Shown here one piece after another: positions 18,615 to 30,152 of a stretch of 60,731 nucleotides of DNA; position 1 is the first letter of the stretch; every line of letters begins with the position of its first letter. Location of the stretch: positions 1 through 60,731 of the forward strand of contig WJKM01000014.1 of assembly GCA_014729085.1 (NCBI GenBank), read 5' to 3'. Under the pieces are notes generated by a model, which was not told the DNA's origin, did no database searches, and saw nothing but the letters and a program-made list of their open reading frames with translations. The translations under genes were made by a program, and so were the position numbers. Source of the stretch: Candidatus Dojkabacteria bacterium (GTDB taxonomy: Bacteria > Patescibacteriota > Dojkabacteria > B142 > WJKM01).

Positions 18615-19841
18615 CTAAGACATATTTTGTCCAATACTATAAATCGGCAGGTAGATACCAACAGCAAGTAAGGCAACAATTCCTCCAACAATGACCAATA
18701 TTAAAGGCTCCATTAACTTACTTAAATTTTCACTGATTTCGTTTACTTCATCTTCAAAGAACTGTGCCATATCAGAAAGTATTTGATCAAGTTTTCCTGT
18801 TTCTTCTCCAATTGCGACCATTCTAACAATCAAAGGAGGGAATACCTCGTAACGTGATAAGGGTACGGCCAAGGGCGCCCCACTTGAAATATCTTCGATT
18901 GAATCTAGAAGTGCATTTTTAAAAAGAACATTGTCTAAAGAAGTCGAAACAATATTCAAAGTTTCTATTATCGATATTCCACTTCTCATAAGCATGGAAA
19001 CTAATCTGCAAAATTGTGTTATCTGAATTTTAGTGATTAGATTTCCAAAAACAGGCAATTTTAAGATTAATTTATCTGTTGTTAGCCTTCCTCCAGTTGT
19101 AGATCTGTAATACCTGAAACCTAAAATCACACTTGCCAATACAATTATCATAATTGTTGCTCCGACCGGATTAGTCATAAAATTACTGATATTAACGAGA
19201 GTTTTAGTCACAAAAGGCAGATCATCGGCTGTCATGCCAAAGTCCTCATAAAGTTTCTCTACAGCTGGAATCATTGTTGTCATCATTACAACCATGACAA
19301 TACCAATAACTATAAATATTATTACTGGATAAATCATTGCGCTCTTAATCTTTGAAGTCAGTTGTTTAGTCTTATCTAAATCTTCAGCAACTTTAGTTAA
19401 AATGTCATTTAAATTTCCACTTGCTTCACCAGCTCTAATTAAACTTATCTGGACCTCGTTAAACATTTTGGTATGTTCTTCCATTGCATCAGATAAAGGA
19501 ACTCCATTCTTTTGAATATCTTCTAAAACAGCTTCCATATTCTTTTGTAAAGCTTTATCTTGCGTCTGTTGAATAATAATCTCCAATGCTTGAATAATTG
19601 GCAAACCTGCTCCAAGCATAGTTGCAATTTGTTTTGCAAATATTACTTTATTCTTAAGAGAAACTTTTGGGGTTCCACCAGTAAAAATAGTTTCCATATA
19701 ATCTATCTTCTCTTCAATACTCACAATGACTAAGTTTTGCTGATGAAGAAATGTAGCTACGGCATCTCTTGAATTTCCCTCTTGGACTCCTGTAATCTTT
19801 TTTCCATTTGGATTTATGGCTACGTATTTATATTCTGCCAT
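18615..19841 (-). CDS. pilC: Type IV pilus platform protein (T2SS F family)
   Basis: Two GspF domains: AGEASGNL, AMIYP, IGEETGKL, LMEP. Confidence 0.95.
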   Translation of the reverse strand: MAEYKYVAINPNGKKITGVQEGNSRDAVATFLHQQNLVIVSIEEKIDYMETIFTGGTPKVSLKNKVIFAKQIATMLGAGLPIIQALEIIIQQTQDKALQKNMEAVLEDIQKNGVPLSDAMEEHTKMFNEVQISLIRAGEASGNLNDILTKVAEDLDKTKQLTSKIKSAMIYPVIIFIVIGIVMVVMMTTMIPAVEKLYEDFGMTADDLPFVTKTLVNISNFMTNPVGATIMIIVLASVILGFRYYRSTTGGRLTTDKLILKLPVFGNLITKIQITQFCRLVSMLMRSGISIIETLNIVSTSLDNVLFKNALLDSIEDISSGAPLAVPLSRYEVFPPLIVRMVAIGEETGKLDQILSDMAQFFEDEVNEISENLSKLMEPLILVIVGGIVALLAVGIYLPIYSIGQNMS

Positions 19842-19871
19842 TACAGTCTCTTACTAAAAAATATCAATAAA

Positions 19872-21320
19872 TTAATTACTACCAATTAAGTTTTTTAATT
19901 CTGATGGTTTATTTGTATACTCTAAAGCTGCTTCGGAAGTAATTTCACCATTTCTAACGAGTTCAGCTAAAGGTTTCTCGATCAAAAACATACCCGCATC
20001 TGCACTTGTTTGGATGATATTGTCGATCTGGTAAGTCTTTCCTTCACGAATAGCATTTCGAACAGCAGCAGTACCAATTAAAATTTCATGAACTGCTTTT
20101 CGGCCACCTCCAATTAAAGGTACCAGTCGCTGGGAAACTACGGCCTGCAAAACAACTGCTAACTGAGCCCTAACCTGATCCTGTTGATGTTCTGGAAAAA
20201 CGTCAATAATACGATCAATCGTTTGTGCTGCCGAGTTAGTATGTAATGTAGCAAAAACTAAGTGTCCTGTTTCAGCTACTGTTATTGTAGACGAAATTGT
20301 TTCGAAATCACGCATCTCTCCAACTAATACAACATCCGGGTCTTGTCGCAAAAGATACTTTAAGGCATTTTTCCAGGACATTGAATCTTTTCCTATTTCT
20401 CTCTGGTCTACCAAAGCTTGCCCCTTACCATACAAATATTCAATCGGATCTTCAATAGTAATAATATGTTTAGGATAAGTTAAATTTATTTCATTTAATA
20501 CAGCTGCCAATGTTGTACTTTTACCACTACCAGTAGGTCCAGTAACTAATACTAATCCATGAGGTAATTTAGTAAAAGATTCAATTACATCAGGAAGTCC
20601 TAATTCAGTAATAGTCCTTATTCGAGCCGGAATTAAACGAAAGGCCCCAGCCATATTTCCCCTTTCAAAGTATAAATTTACACGAAATCTAGATCCTGAA
20701 GTATGCTGATAAGAAAAATCCAACTCTTTATCTTCATGATATCTCTTTAACTGTTTCTTATCTATTATTGAAACAAACAATTCTTCTGACTTTTCCTGTG
20801 TTATAGGTTCAGAACCAACTCTTTCCAACTTACCATCCACCCTTAAGAGGGGAGGATAGCCAACAGTAAAATGAAGGTCAGAAGCATTCCTAGTCTCACA
20901 TAAATCTAAAAATGTACCTATATTAGCATTTTGCACAGATAAAGTTTGTTGAACATTAATATTAGGCTGTTGGGTATTTCCAGAATTAACAACTGGCTGA
21001 TTCTGGGGATTCTGCTGTTGTGCATTAACCATTCCCGCGGGATTATTCATCTGTTGTGTCTGTATATTTGCTGGCGGATTATTCGAATTAAAATCAGGAC
21101 CTTTAACTTCAACCACTTCACCACCTTGTTGTTGATTATTTTGATTCTGTACTGTTGTTTGTTGCTGGGCCTGATTAGTCTGAGTTTGTTGAGATGGAGC
21201 ATTCTGAGCAGATTGCTGAGATGTATTTGGTTGAGGTTGAGCAGAGGCAGATTGTCCATTCTGCTGAACTTGCGAAGATTGCTTGTTTTGGTTTTCATCT
21301 CCAATATTAACAAGGGGCAT
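19872..21320 (-). CDS. pilT: Retraction ATPase PilT with Q/N-rich N-terminal extension
   Basis: ASDLH, GPTGSGKST, TIEDPIE, LRQDPD, AETGHLVFATLHTN, AVRNAIRE. Confidence 0.95.
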   Translation of the reverse strand: MPLVNIGDENQNKQSSQVQQNGQSASAQPQPNTSQQSAQNAPSQQTQTNQAQQQTTVQNQNNQQQGGEVVEVKGPDFNSNNPPANIQTQQMNNPAGMVNAQQQNPQNQPVVNSGNTQQPNINVQQTLSVQNANIGTFLDLCETRNASDLHFTVGYPPLLRVDGKLERVGSEPITQEKSEELFVSIIDKKQLKRYHEDKELDFSYQHTSGSRFRVNLYFERGNMAGAFRLIPARIRTITELGLPDVIESFTKLPHGLVLVTGPTGSGKSTTLAAVLNEINLTYPKHIITIEDPIEYLYGKGQALVDQREIGKDSMSWKNALKYLLRQDPDVVLVGEMRDFETISSTITVAETGHLVFATLHTNSAAQTIDRIIDVFPEHQQDQVRAQLAVVLQAVVSQRLVPLIGGGRKAVHEILIGTAAVRNAIREGKTYQIDNIIQTSADAGMFLIEKPLAELVRNGEITSEAALEYTNKPSELKNLIGSN

Positions 21321-21412
21321 GTCAATCTACCTGTTATTAAAATAAATGAATAAATTATTCCAATTAAATATTAGTCTAATTTTGTAATAAATACAAATAA
21401 TAAACCTCTTTC

Positions 21413-23257
21413 TTATGCTACAACTCTTAGTACCTCAGCTAATGTAGTAACACCTTCCAAAGCCTTTAAAAAACCGTCTTGAATCATGGTTATCATGCCA
21501 TCTTCGATTGCCTGTTTGCCAATTTCATGAGCCGACCTTTGTTGCATGATTAATTGGCCAATTTTTTCAGTAGCTTTTAAAACCTCCATTATACCTGTAC
21601 GACCTGAATACCCTGACCCGTTACATTCAGTACATCCTTTACCTTTATACAGTATTACTTTGTCCTTCTTTTCTGCTGGAATAATATTTCCTTGGGAATC
21701 TCTTCTTGGAGGATACGAATATAAATCAAAACCTTTCAAGCCATCTAGGACTTTATGTAATTTTTCTATTTCCTCTTGACTGGCCTCATAAGCTTCTTTA
21801 CATTTCGGACATATCTTTCGAACCAATCTCTGAGCTAAAACTACATTCATAGTAGATGAAAGCAAAAAGGCTTCAATTCCCATGTCCATCAATCTTGGTA
21901 TTGCTCCTGCAGCACTATTGGTATGTAAGGTAGCAAGCACCAAGTGTCCAGTTAATGCAGCTTCAACTGCTAGCTTAGCTGTTTCTCCATCCCTAATCTC
22001 CCCAACCATAATAACATCAGGGTCTTGTCTTAAAAAAGATCGCAAACCAGCAGCAAAAGTCAACCCAATGTCCGGATTTACTTGAACTTGTGTTATACCT
22101 TCCATTCTTATTTCAACAGGATTTTCAAGTGTAAGAACATTTACTTCCGGTTTACTAATAATTTTTAAAGAACTTGCTAATGTGTGAGTTTTTCCGCTTC
22201 CAGTAGGTCCAGTAACTAGTATAATACCTTCAGTTTTTTGTAACCCTTCTTCCAAAAAAGTTTTATACGCATGTCCTCGTAATCCAGTATCTTTCAGATC
22301 CATCTCACCCCCTCCTTGTTCTAAAAGCCTCATTACTACCTTTTCTCCATATACACAAGGCATAATAGATACACGGATATCAAACATTTTATTTCCGGAT
22401 TTAATTTGGAATCGACCATCCTGGGGTAGCCTATGTTCATCTATTTTCAAATTTGAAAGAATTTTAACCCTTGCTACCACTGGTAAACTTAACTTCTTTG
22501 GGAGAGTAAGTTTTTCTACCATCACGCCACTTATTCTAAATCTAACTACAACTTTATTTTCCCATGGCTCAATATGAACATCAGAAGCTTTATACTTAAC
22601 AGCATATTCCATAATCATATTTAATATTCTTGAAACCGGGGCAGAGTCGATTTCTTTTTCGGAAACATCCTCTGCTTTCATTGCAGTTGCGGAAGAATCC
22701 AATTCAACAATATCCTCCTGATCTTCTAAAGCTTCATCTACTTCCTTGGATATACTTCCACCATATTGCCTGTCAATTACTGCTTTAATCTGCGAAGGGG
22801 AGGACATATATAATTCAAGGGGTTTTCCAGCAACTACCTGTAAAAATTTCACTTTCTGTAAGTCTCCAGGATCTGCTAATGCAACTTGAATTTTACCCTG
22901 AGCTTCTCCAAATGGTACAGCCAAATTTTTTTCAGCAACATCTTTATTAATTTTACCTAAGAGGTCCAAAGGTATTTGTTTATTTGCAACATTAATATAT
23001 TTATATCCATGTACCTCGGCTTTGGCTTTATAAAGTTCTTCCTCCTGAATTTTCTTCTGCTCTATCAAAACTTGCTCAATAGGCTTATTTGTATTCATTG
23101 CAGTTGTTTTAGCCTCGTTTACATCCGACTGGCTCACTAAACCTTTAGTCAATAAATGCATAATCAAATTCTGGATCCCACTGCCTCCAACAGCAGAAGC
23201 AGAACTCTGCATTACATTGGTCTGTGAATTTACTTGTTGTGTTGGAAGTTGAGTCAT
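21413..23257 (-). CDS. pilB: Extension ATPase PilB/GspE
   Basis: GPTGSGKT, RQDPD, CPKC...CTEC zinc motif, GRTG. Confidence 0.95.
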   Translation of the reverse strand: MTQLPTQQVNSQTNVMQSSASAVGGSGIQNLIMHLLTKGLVSQSDVNEAKTTAMNTNKPIEQVLIEQKKIQEEELYKAKAEVHGYKYINVANKQIPLDLLGKINKDVAEKNLAVPFGEAQGKIQVALADPGDLQKVKFLQVVAGKPLELYMSSPSQIKAVIDRQYGGSISKEVDEALEDQEDIVELDSSATAMKAEDVSEKEIDSAPVSRILNMIMEYAVKYKASDVHIEPWENKVVVRFRISGVMVEKLTLPKKLSLPVVARVKILSNLKIDEHRLPQDGRFQIKSGNKMFDIRVSIMPCVYGEKVVMRLLEQGGGEMDLKDTGLRGHAYKTFLEEGLQKTEGIILVTGPTGSGKTHTLASSLKIISKPEVNVLTLENPVEIRMEGITQVQVNPDIGLTFAAGLRSFLRQDPDVIMVGEIRDGETAKLAVEAALTGHLVLATLHTNSAAGAIPRLMDMGIEAFLLSSTMNVVLAQRLVRKICPKCKEAYEASQEEIEKLHKVLDGLKGFDLYSYPPRRDSQGNIIPAEKKDKVILYKGKGCTECNGSGYSGRTGIMEVLKATEKIGQLIMQQRSAHEIGKQAIEDGMITMIQDGFLKALEGVTTLAEVLRVVA

Positions 23258-23517
23258 TAAACGGGCAGTACCAAAATTATTAACTCCAGAACTTAAATAT
23301 TAATTTTTTAGATAAAGTATACATGAATATTATAATAAGCAATAGACATGAATACCATAAAATAGTATACACCAATTAGATTATTTTTATAATACTGTCC
23401 AATTTGAATAAACATTCAATATGACTTTAGGAGTTTTCTTCTAATCTTTACCTATATTTATTAAATTTAATGATAGAATATAGTTATACAAATCTCATTT
23501 TCATTTATACACTATAT

Positions 23518-24234
23518 ATGTATTATCAAAGTATAATTTTAGTTGGCAATAAAAAAGTAATCAGAAAAAGAATACGAAATATTGCTACAAAACTCATAAA
23601 AGTACAAGGAGAAGAATATAGAAATAGCCCAGACTATATAGAGATTACTGAAAAAGAAAAAAAATCAATCGGCATTGATTTAATTCGAGAACTCATTTAT
23701 AGACTACAATCCAAGCCCTATCAAAGTAAAAATCAATTAGCTGTAATTAAAGGGGCTGAAAAACTTACGCTTCAAGCACAGAACTCTTTATTAAAAATAT
23801 TAGAAGAACCCCCAAAAAAAACGCAGATAATACTAACAAGCAGTCATACTGCGAATTTTCTACCCACAGTTCTTTCAAGATGTAAAGCTGTAGTCCTTGG
23901 AAATTCCCAAGAAGACGCAAGATCAATTTTTAAAGAAATTGATGATATAATTGATATTAATGATTTTCTTCAAAAAGATATTCTAGATAAATTTGCAATT
24001 ATTAGTAACTTAACAAAAATAAAACCTCCTTTAAAAAGAGAAAGTATTACTAACAAGCTTTTACTAGAATTGTATAATGAGTTCAGTTCTAAATTAAAGC
24101 AGACTGAATCAAATTCATTTTCAGATGGAGAAAAATTCTTAAATGTATTAAAATTAATTAACCAAACCCACAAAAAATTAAAAGCAAACACTAATTACCG
24201 TTTGACACTCGAACATTTAGTGACTCAACTTTAA
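23518..24234 (+). CDS. holB: DNA polymerase III delta' subunit (reduced form)
   Basis: IGIDLIR, AQNSLLKILEEPP, LPTVLSRC (SRC motif). Confidence 0.8.
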   Translation: MYYQSIILVGNKKVIRKRIRNIATKLIKVQGEEYRNSPDYIEITEKEKKSIGIDLIRELIYRLQSKPYQSKNQLAVIKGAEKLTLQAQNSLLKILEEPPKKTQIILTSSHTANFLPTVLSRCKAVVLGNSQEDARSIFKEIDDIIDINDFLQKDILDKFAIISNLTKIKPPLKRESITNKLLLELYNEFSSKLKQTESNSFSDGEKFLNVLKLINQTHKKLKANTNYRLTLEHLVTQL

Positions 24235-24249
24235 TTTATTTATTACTTA

Positions 24250-25107
24250 ATGATTATGGCTGAATTTCTAACCTGTCTATCCGGTGGAGGTTTTATTGTG
24301 ATAATTATACTGTTAATAGTAATACTCCCAGCCTCAATAAAACAAATCAACCAATATGAAAGGGGAATTTTATTCGCCTTTGGTAAATATATAAAAACAC
24401 TAGGCCCTGGATGGAAAATTGTTATACCAATAATTCAATCCCTGAAAAAAGTAGATATCAGAACGAAAACGATAGATTTATCCGATCAGGAGGCTATCAC
24501 AAAAGATAATGTATCTACAAAACTGAGTGCAGTTTTATACTTTAAAGTGGTGGATGCAGCAAAATCATTATTAGATGTAGAAAATTTTGTATGGGCAACC
24601 TCTCAACTAGCAGAGACTACTATGAGAACTGTTGTTGGAGAATTCTCTTTAGACGAACTCCTTACACATCGAGATAATGTTGCTCAAAATATTGAATCAA
24701 AAGTAGAAAAAACATCTCAAGAATGGGGAGTAGAAATAATAGGTGTTGAACTAAAAGATGTGATTCTACCAGAAAGCATGAAAAGAACTATGGCAAAACA
24801 AGCTGAGGCAGAAAGAGAAAAAAGAGCAACTATAATAAATTCAGAAGGAGAAGTCGTAGCAGCAAAGAATCTTTCAAAAGCAGCTCAAATGATGTCAGAA
24901 AGACCCGGCGCACTACATTTAAGAACATTGAATTCAATTAATGATATTTCTTCAGACCAAAGTAATACCATTGTATTTATGGTCCCAATGGAAATGCTAA
25001 GGGCAATAGAAGCAGTTGGAAATAATTATGGAGCAACTCAAAGTCCTTTATCTAATATTCTCAATGCTGTAAAAAAGAAGAACCCAAATAAAGATAGTAC
25101 AACTTAA
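24250..25107 (+). CDS. SPFH/stomatin (slipin) family protein
   Basis: QYERG, ITKDNV, AETTMR, MAKQAEAEREKRA. Confidence 0.93.
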   Translation: MIMAEFLTCLSGGGFIVIIILLIVILPASIKQINQYERGILFAFGKYIKTLGPGWKIVIPIIQSLKKVDIRTKTIDLSDQEAITKDNVSTKLSAVLYFKVVDAAKSLLDVENFVWATSQLAETTMRTVVGEFSLDELLTHRDNVAQNIESKVEKTSQEWGVEIIGVELKDVILPESMKRTMAKQAEAEREKRATIINSEGEVVAAKNLSKAAQMMSERPGALHLRTLNSINDISSDQSNTIVFMVPMEMLRAIEAVGNNYGATQSPLSNILNAVKKKNPNKDSTT

Positions 25108-25145
25108 GATATAGGAAATAATAGTTTGGTTAAAAACCAGCTAAA

Positions 25146-25174
25146 ACAAGCAATTTCAATCAGAAATTGCTTGT
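25146..25174. terminator. Hairpin between the SPFH gene and gyrB
   Basis: ACAAGCAATTTC-AATCA-GAAATTGCTTGT perfect 12-bp stem. Confidence 0.6.
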
Positions 25175-25289
25175 ATGTTGAAAAGGACTTGCCTTATTAA
25201 CAAAATTTCATGATATTATTAAAAGTCAAATTTATCTTGAATCTTTTGAAATATTGACCTAATACTTTAATATATTTAATTCGAACAAA

Positions 25290-27242
25290 ATGACTAAGAA
25301 AAAGAAAAACGATTATTCAGCTGATAAAATTACCATATTGAAAGGTGTAGAAGCTGTAAGAAAGAGGCCAGCTATGTATATTGGCGATTCAAGTACCGCA
25401 GGTCTCCATCATCTAATCTATGAAATTGTAGATAACGCAATAGATGAAGCATTAGCTGGATATGCAAAAAAAGTGTCTATTAAACTTGAAAAAGATGGCG
25501 CAGTAAGAATCGAGGATGATGGAAGGGGAATTCCAACAGATATTCATAAAGAAACCGGAAAAAGTGCACTAGAAACAATTATGACTACTCTACACTCAGG
25601 AGGGAAATTCGATCATGAAGCTTACAAGGTTTCATCAGGTCTTCACGGAGTTGGCGCTTCAGTCGTAAATGCGTTGAGTAAGAAAACAATAATAGAAATT
25701 CATAGAGACGGGGAGGTATTTAAACAAGAATATGAAGAAGGAAAACCAAAAAAAGATGTTGAAGTGGTAGGTAAAACAGATCGAACAGGAACTATCATTA
25801 CTTTTAAGCCAGACCCTAAAATTTTTGATACCACGAAATTCAATCTAAAAACTCTATACACTCGTTTCAGACAACAGGCGTATCTAACAGCAGGGTTAAC
25901 CATTCGTATTATAGATGAAAGAAAAGAAGAAGAGCGTACTGAGCAAGAAAAAAAGATTCCAAGGGATTACTCCTTTCATTTTGAAAATGGAGTACGGGCA
26001 TATATAACCCAAATTAACAAAAGTCATAAACCAATACATAAAAATATATTCTATGTGAGAGATGAGATAGATGAAATTGAAGTAGAAGTTGCGTTGCAAT
26101 ACTCAGACGATATTCAGGAAAAAGTTATGGTATTTGCAAATAATGTTCACAATCCCGAAGGTGGAACTCATCTATCTGGATTTAGAACAGCTCTTACTAA
26201 AACTTTAAACGACTATCTTGACGAGCATGGGTCCGAAAAAGAAAAAGAATATAGACTAGCAGGACAAGACTCTAGAGAAGGATTAACAGCTATAGTATCT
26301 GTAAAATTAAATGATCCTCAATTTGAAGGACAAACTAAAATCAAACTCAATAACCCGGAAGTTCTTGGAGTTGTCAGGAAAGTTGTAGAGAAAGATTTAA
26401 ATACTTTTCTGGAAGAACACCCTAAAGATGCAAAATCAATCCTATCCCGTGCCTTGCTTTCCTTTAAAGCAAGAAAAGCCGCAAAAGCAGCCAGGGAAGC
26501 TGTAGTACGAAAAGGAGCTATGGGTGGAGGAACCTTACCAGGAAAACTTTCTGATTGTTCCTCTAGGATACCTGAAGAATGTGAATTATATATAGTAGAG
26601 GGAGACTCTGCTGGAGGTTCGGCAAAACAGGGTAGAGACAGAAAAAAACAAGCAATACTACCTCTATCTGGAAAACCAATTAATAGCGAAAAATATAGAA
26701 TAGATAGGGTACTTGGTAATGAAAAACTAAAAGACATAGTAATTGCGCTTGGAACTGGGATAGGAGAAACCTTCCAGGAAGAAAAGTTACGATACCACAA
26801 AATCATTATCATGAATGACGCTGATGTTGATGGAGAACATATTACAACTTTAGTACTCACATTTTTCTTTAGACATTTTAGACCCCTTATAGAAAAAGGA
26901 TATTTGTATGTTGCACAACCACCATTGTTTAAAATTGAATTAGAAAGAAGTGGTGGAAGTTTTTATATAAAGGACGAAGGCCAAAAAGAAAAAAGGGTAG
27001 AAGAGTTGAAAAAAGAAGGGAAGAAGATTAAACATATTCAAAGATTCAAGGGTCTTGGTGAAATGAACCCCGAACAGCTTTGGGAAACAACCATGAACCC
27101 AGAAAACAGAACCTTAAAACAAATTACAATTACTGATGCAGAAGAAGCTGATAGAGTATTTGAAATGCTTATGGGAACCGAGGTTAAACCTCGAAGACAA
27201 TTTATTCAAAGATATAGTCAGGAAGCTGAAATAGATATTTAA
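25290..27242 (+). CDS. gyrB: DNA gyrase subunit B
   Basis: VRKRPAMYIG, EIVDNAIDE, GLHGVG, EGDSAGG, DADVDG, RFKGLGEMN. Confidence 0.97.
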   Translation: MTKKKKNDYSADKITILKGVEAVRKRPAMYIGDSSTAGLHHLIYEIVDNAIDEALAGYAKKVSIKLEKDGAVRIEDDGRGIPTDIHKETGKSALETIMTTLHSGGKFDHEAYKVSSGLHGVGASVVNALSKKTIIEIHRDGEVFKQEYEEGKPKKDVEVVGKTDRTGTIITFKPDPKIFDTTKFNLKTLYTRFRQQAYLTAGLTIRIIDERKEEERTEQEKKIPRDYSFHFENGVRAYITQINKSHKPIHKNIFYVRDEIDEIEVEVALQYSDDIQEKVMVFANNVHNPEGGTHLSGFRTALTKTLNDYLDEHGSEKEKEYRLAGQDSREGLTAIVSVKLNDPQFEGQTKIKLNNPEVLGVVRKVVEKDLNTFLEEHPKDAKSILSRALLSFKARKAAKAAREAVVRKGAMGGGTLPGKLSDCSSRIPEECELYIVEGDSAGGSAKQGRDRKKQAILPLSGKPINSEKYRIDRVLGNEKLKDIVIALGTGIGETFQEEKLRYHKIIIMNDADVDGEHITTLVLTFFFRHFRPLIEKGYLYVAQPPLFKIELERSGGSFYIKDEGQKEKRVEELKKEGKKIKHIQRFKGLGEMNPEQLWETTMNPENRTLKQITITDAEEADRVFEMLMGTEVKPRRQFIQRYSQEAEIDI

Positions 27243-27277
27243 ACCAATAACTTTTATAAACTTAAATAATCAAAATT

Positions 27278-29899
27278 ATGAATAAAGAAAAAACGGATAA
27301 TAAAAAGAATAGAAATCAACTTGGAATAAAACATCAGGAGATAACCGAGGAAATGAAAGGCAGTTACTTAAATTACGCTATGTCTGTCATTGTTTCGCGT
27401 GCTCTGCCAGATGCGAAAGATGGTCTCAAACCGGTTCAAAGACGCATACTTTATGCAATGAATAAACAGGGTTTTTTGCATAATAAACCCTACAAAAAAT
27501 CTGCAAGAACGGTTGGAGAAGTGATCGGTAAATATCATCCACATGGAGATGTGGCTGTATATGACGCCATGGTAAGACTTACTCAGGATTTTAACGTGAG
27601 ATATCCTTTAGTGGATGGACAGGGAAATTTTGGATCAATTGATGGAGATAATGCTGCTGCGATGAGATACACAGAGGCAAGATTACAACAAATCTCCAAG
27701 GAAATACTTGAAGGAATTAACAATAATACAGTTGATTACAGACCAAACTATGATGGAAGCACCGAAGAACCAGAAGTGTTGCCTTCGAAACTACCTCTAT
27801 TACTCCTAAATGGAGCTGATGGAATTGCCGTAGGTATGGCAACTAAAATTCCCCCACATAATTTAACAGAAGTTAGCGATGCAATAATCGAACTCATAAA
27901 TAATGGAAATAAAGCAGACAAAATAATTCAATCAATACCAAACTATAAAGAGATAATTCAAAACGAAGAAGATTTAAAGAAACTAAATAAGGATAGATTC
28001 CATACATTTGAAACTGATTATACTGTCAATGATTTAATTGAGATAGTTCAAGGTCCTGATTTCCCAACAGGTGGAGAAATATACGATCAAAGCGAAACAA
28101 TCAATGCATACGAAACTGGGAAAGGAAGAATTGTTATGAGGGCCATTGCAGAAATCAAAGATGCAAAAAGAGGAAAATATCAAATAATTGTGACAGAAAT
28201 TCCTTATCAAGTAAATAAAGCGAGATTAGTAAGTAAAATTGCGCAACTTGTAAAAGATGACAAAGTAGACGGTATTTCTGACATCCGAGATGAATCCAGT
28301 AAAGAAGGACTGCGAATTGTAATTGATATAAAACGAGATGGAAAACCAAAGTCTATACTCAACAGACTTTACAAGTATACTGAAATGCAGAAATCGTTTA
28401 ATGCAAATATGCTTGCTCTTGTCGATAACGAACCTCAGGTAATTACCTTAAAAAAGGCGTTGGAACTATTTATTGAACATAGACAAGAGGTTATTGTCAG
28501 AAGAACTGAATATGAATTAGCAAAATCCAGAGAAAGAGAACATATTCTCGAAGGTTTGATGATTGCTCTAGAAAACCTAGATGAAGTCATAAAAACTATT
28601 CGGGAATCTAAAGATGCTGATATTGCAAAAACTGAACTGATCAAGAAATTTAAACTTAGTGAAATTCAAGCCCAAGCAATTTTAGATATGCAGCTTAGAA
28701 GACTTGCTGCGCTAGAAAGACAAAAAATTGAGGATGAATATAAAGAAATTAAAAAGACCATAAAAGATTTATTATTAACACTTTCTAATCCTGAAAAAGT
28801 TCTTGAAATTATTAAGAAGGAAACCGAAGAGATTAAAGAAAAATATGGAGATGAAAGAAGAACAAAAGTAAATAAACAAAAAATAGGCGAAATTTCTGAA
28901 GAAGATCTTGTTCCAAGTGAAGATGTAATCGTAACTGTTAGCCAGCAAGGATATATCAAAAGGATCAAACAAAATTCCTACCAAGTACAAAAACGAGGCG
29001 GAGTTGGGAAGAAATTCATGACAACTAAAGACGATGATAGCGTCAGCCATGTATTCTCCTGCAATACCCATGATGATATATTGTTTTTCACAAATAAAGG
29101 TAAAGTCTATCAAGTAAAAGTATATGATGTCCCAGAATATAGCAGGAGAGCCAAAGGGCAGCCGATCATCAATATAATTAATATTGACCAAGATGAAATT
29201 ATCACAAGTATTCTTACAAGAAGTAAGGAAGGACATTTAATAGATGAAGATGTCCTACAAGAAGAAGAAGTGGATTCGGAACATGAAGGAGCAGCCTATA
29301 AATACCTTATGATGGCTACAGAAAAAGGTACTGTGAAAAAAACAAAAATATCAAAATTTGAAAATATACAAAGCAATGGTTTAATAGCTATTAAATTATC
29401 CAAAGGAGATAAGTTAGCCTGGGTAAAACCAACAACAGGCGACAACGAAATTGTTCTAGTAAGTAAATATGGTAGATCTATAAGATTTCACGAAACTGAC
29501 GTAAGAGATACTGGAAGAGCTACAATGGGAGTAATTGGTATTAAATTTAAAGATCCGAATGACGAAATTATTGTAATGGATTTAGTTAGACATGATGAAT
29601 TTTTAATGCTTTCAATATCCGAAAATGGATATGGAAAAGTCACTACATTAGAGGAATATCCGTTACAAAAAAGAGCGGGACAAGGAGTCTACACTGCCAA
29701 AATCACTAAAAAAACAGGAAATCTTGCAGCCGCCCGAATCCTTGACCATCCTAAAAAAGAATTATTAATAATGTCTGAAAACGGACAGGCTGTTAAAATT
29801 CCTACTGAGGATTTACCTAAAAGACAGAGACAGACACTTGGAGTTAGATTAATTCGTTTAAAAAAGGATGATACTGTAGCTGCAATAGCTATCATTTGA
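27278..29899 (+). CDS. gyrA: DNA gyrase subunit A
   Basis: [16 protein letters not shown], GyrA-box QKRGGVG. Confidence 0.97.
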   Translation: MNKEKTDNKKNRNQLGIKHQEITEEMKGSYLNYAMSVIVSRALPDAKDGLKPVQRRILYAMNKQGFLHNKPYKKSARTVGEVIGKYHPHGDVAVYDAMVRLTQDFNVRYPLVDGQGNFGSIDGDNAAAMRYTEARLQQISKEILEGINNNTVDYRPNYDGSTEEPEVLPSKLPLLLLNGADGIAVGMATKIPPHNLTEVSDAIIELINNGNKADKIIQSIPNYKEIIQNEEDLKKLNKDRFHTFETDYTVNDLIEIVQGPDFPTGGEIYDQSETINAYETGKGRIVMRAIAEIKDAKRGKYQIIVTEIPYQVNKARLVSKIAQLVKDDKVDGISDIRDESSKEGLRIVIDIKRDGKPKSILNRLYKYTEMQKSFNANMLALVDNEPQVITLKKALELFIEHRQEVIVRRTEYELAKSREREHILEGLMIALENLDEVIKTIRESKDADIAKTELIKKFKLSEIQAQAILDMQLRRLAALERQKIEDEYKEIKKTIKDLLLTLSNPEKVLEIIKKETEEIKEKYGDERRTKVNKQKIGEISEEDLVPSEDVIVTVSQQGYIKRIKQNSYQVQKRGGVGKKFMTTKDDDSVSHVFSCNTHDDILFFTNKGKVYQVKVYDVPEYSRRAKGQPIINIINIDQDEIITSILTRSKEGHLIDEDVLQEEEVDSEHEGAAYKYLMMATEKGTVKKTKISKFENIQSNGLIAIKLSKGDKLAWVKPTTGDNEIVLVSKYGRSIRFHETDVRDTGRATMGVIGIKFKDPNDEIIVMDLVRHDEFLMLSISENGYGKVTTLEEYPLQKRAGQGVYTAKITKKTGNLAAARILDHPKKELLIMSENGQAVKIPTEDLPKRQRQTLGVRLIRLKKDDTVAAIAII

Positions 29900-29925
29900 C
29901 AAAAATATAGGTTTTTGAATATACT
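29896..29925 (+). promoter_or_regulatory. sigma70-like promoter overlapping the gyrA stop
   Basis: TTGACA-N18-TATACT. Confidence 0.55.
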
Positions 29926-29974
29926 AAAAAGACAAAATTTTTGTAATGAAATTTCAAATATTTAGTTTCTTATA

Positions 29975-30095
29975 TAAATGAAGGGTACCAAAATAAAAAA
30001 ACAAACAAATTATTCAACACGCCATAATGTCTATATTAAGGCATTTATGGGCATGGATAAGACACCTTTCATTAATCTTATCCATCGTTGTTGAG
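29975..30095 (+). promoter_or_regulatory. Candidate structured leader RNA / 38-aa leader ORF upstream of the gre gene
   Basis: Several stems, a perfect 10-bp ATGGATAAGA/TCTTATCCAT stem and a uORF at 29978..30094. Confidence 0.5.
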
Positions 30096-30122
30096 AGTTT
30101 ATTGAATCCACTAGATACTAAT

Positions 30123-30152
30123 AACCTCTCAAAAAAAATGAGAGGTTTTTTT
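30123..30152 (+). terminator. Intrinsic terminator inside the gre leader
   Basis: AACCTCTCA-A7-TGAGAGGTTTTTTT. Confidence 0.8.
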
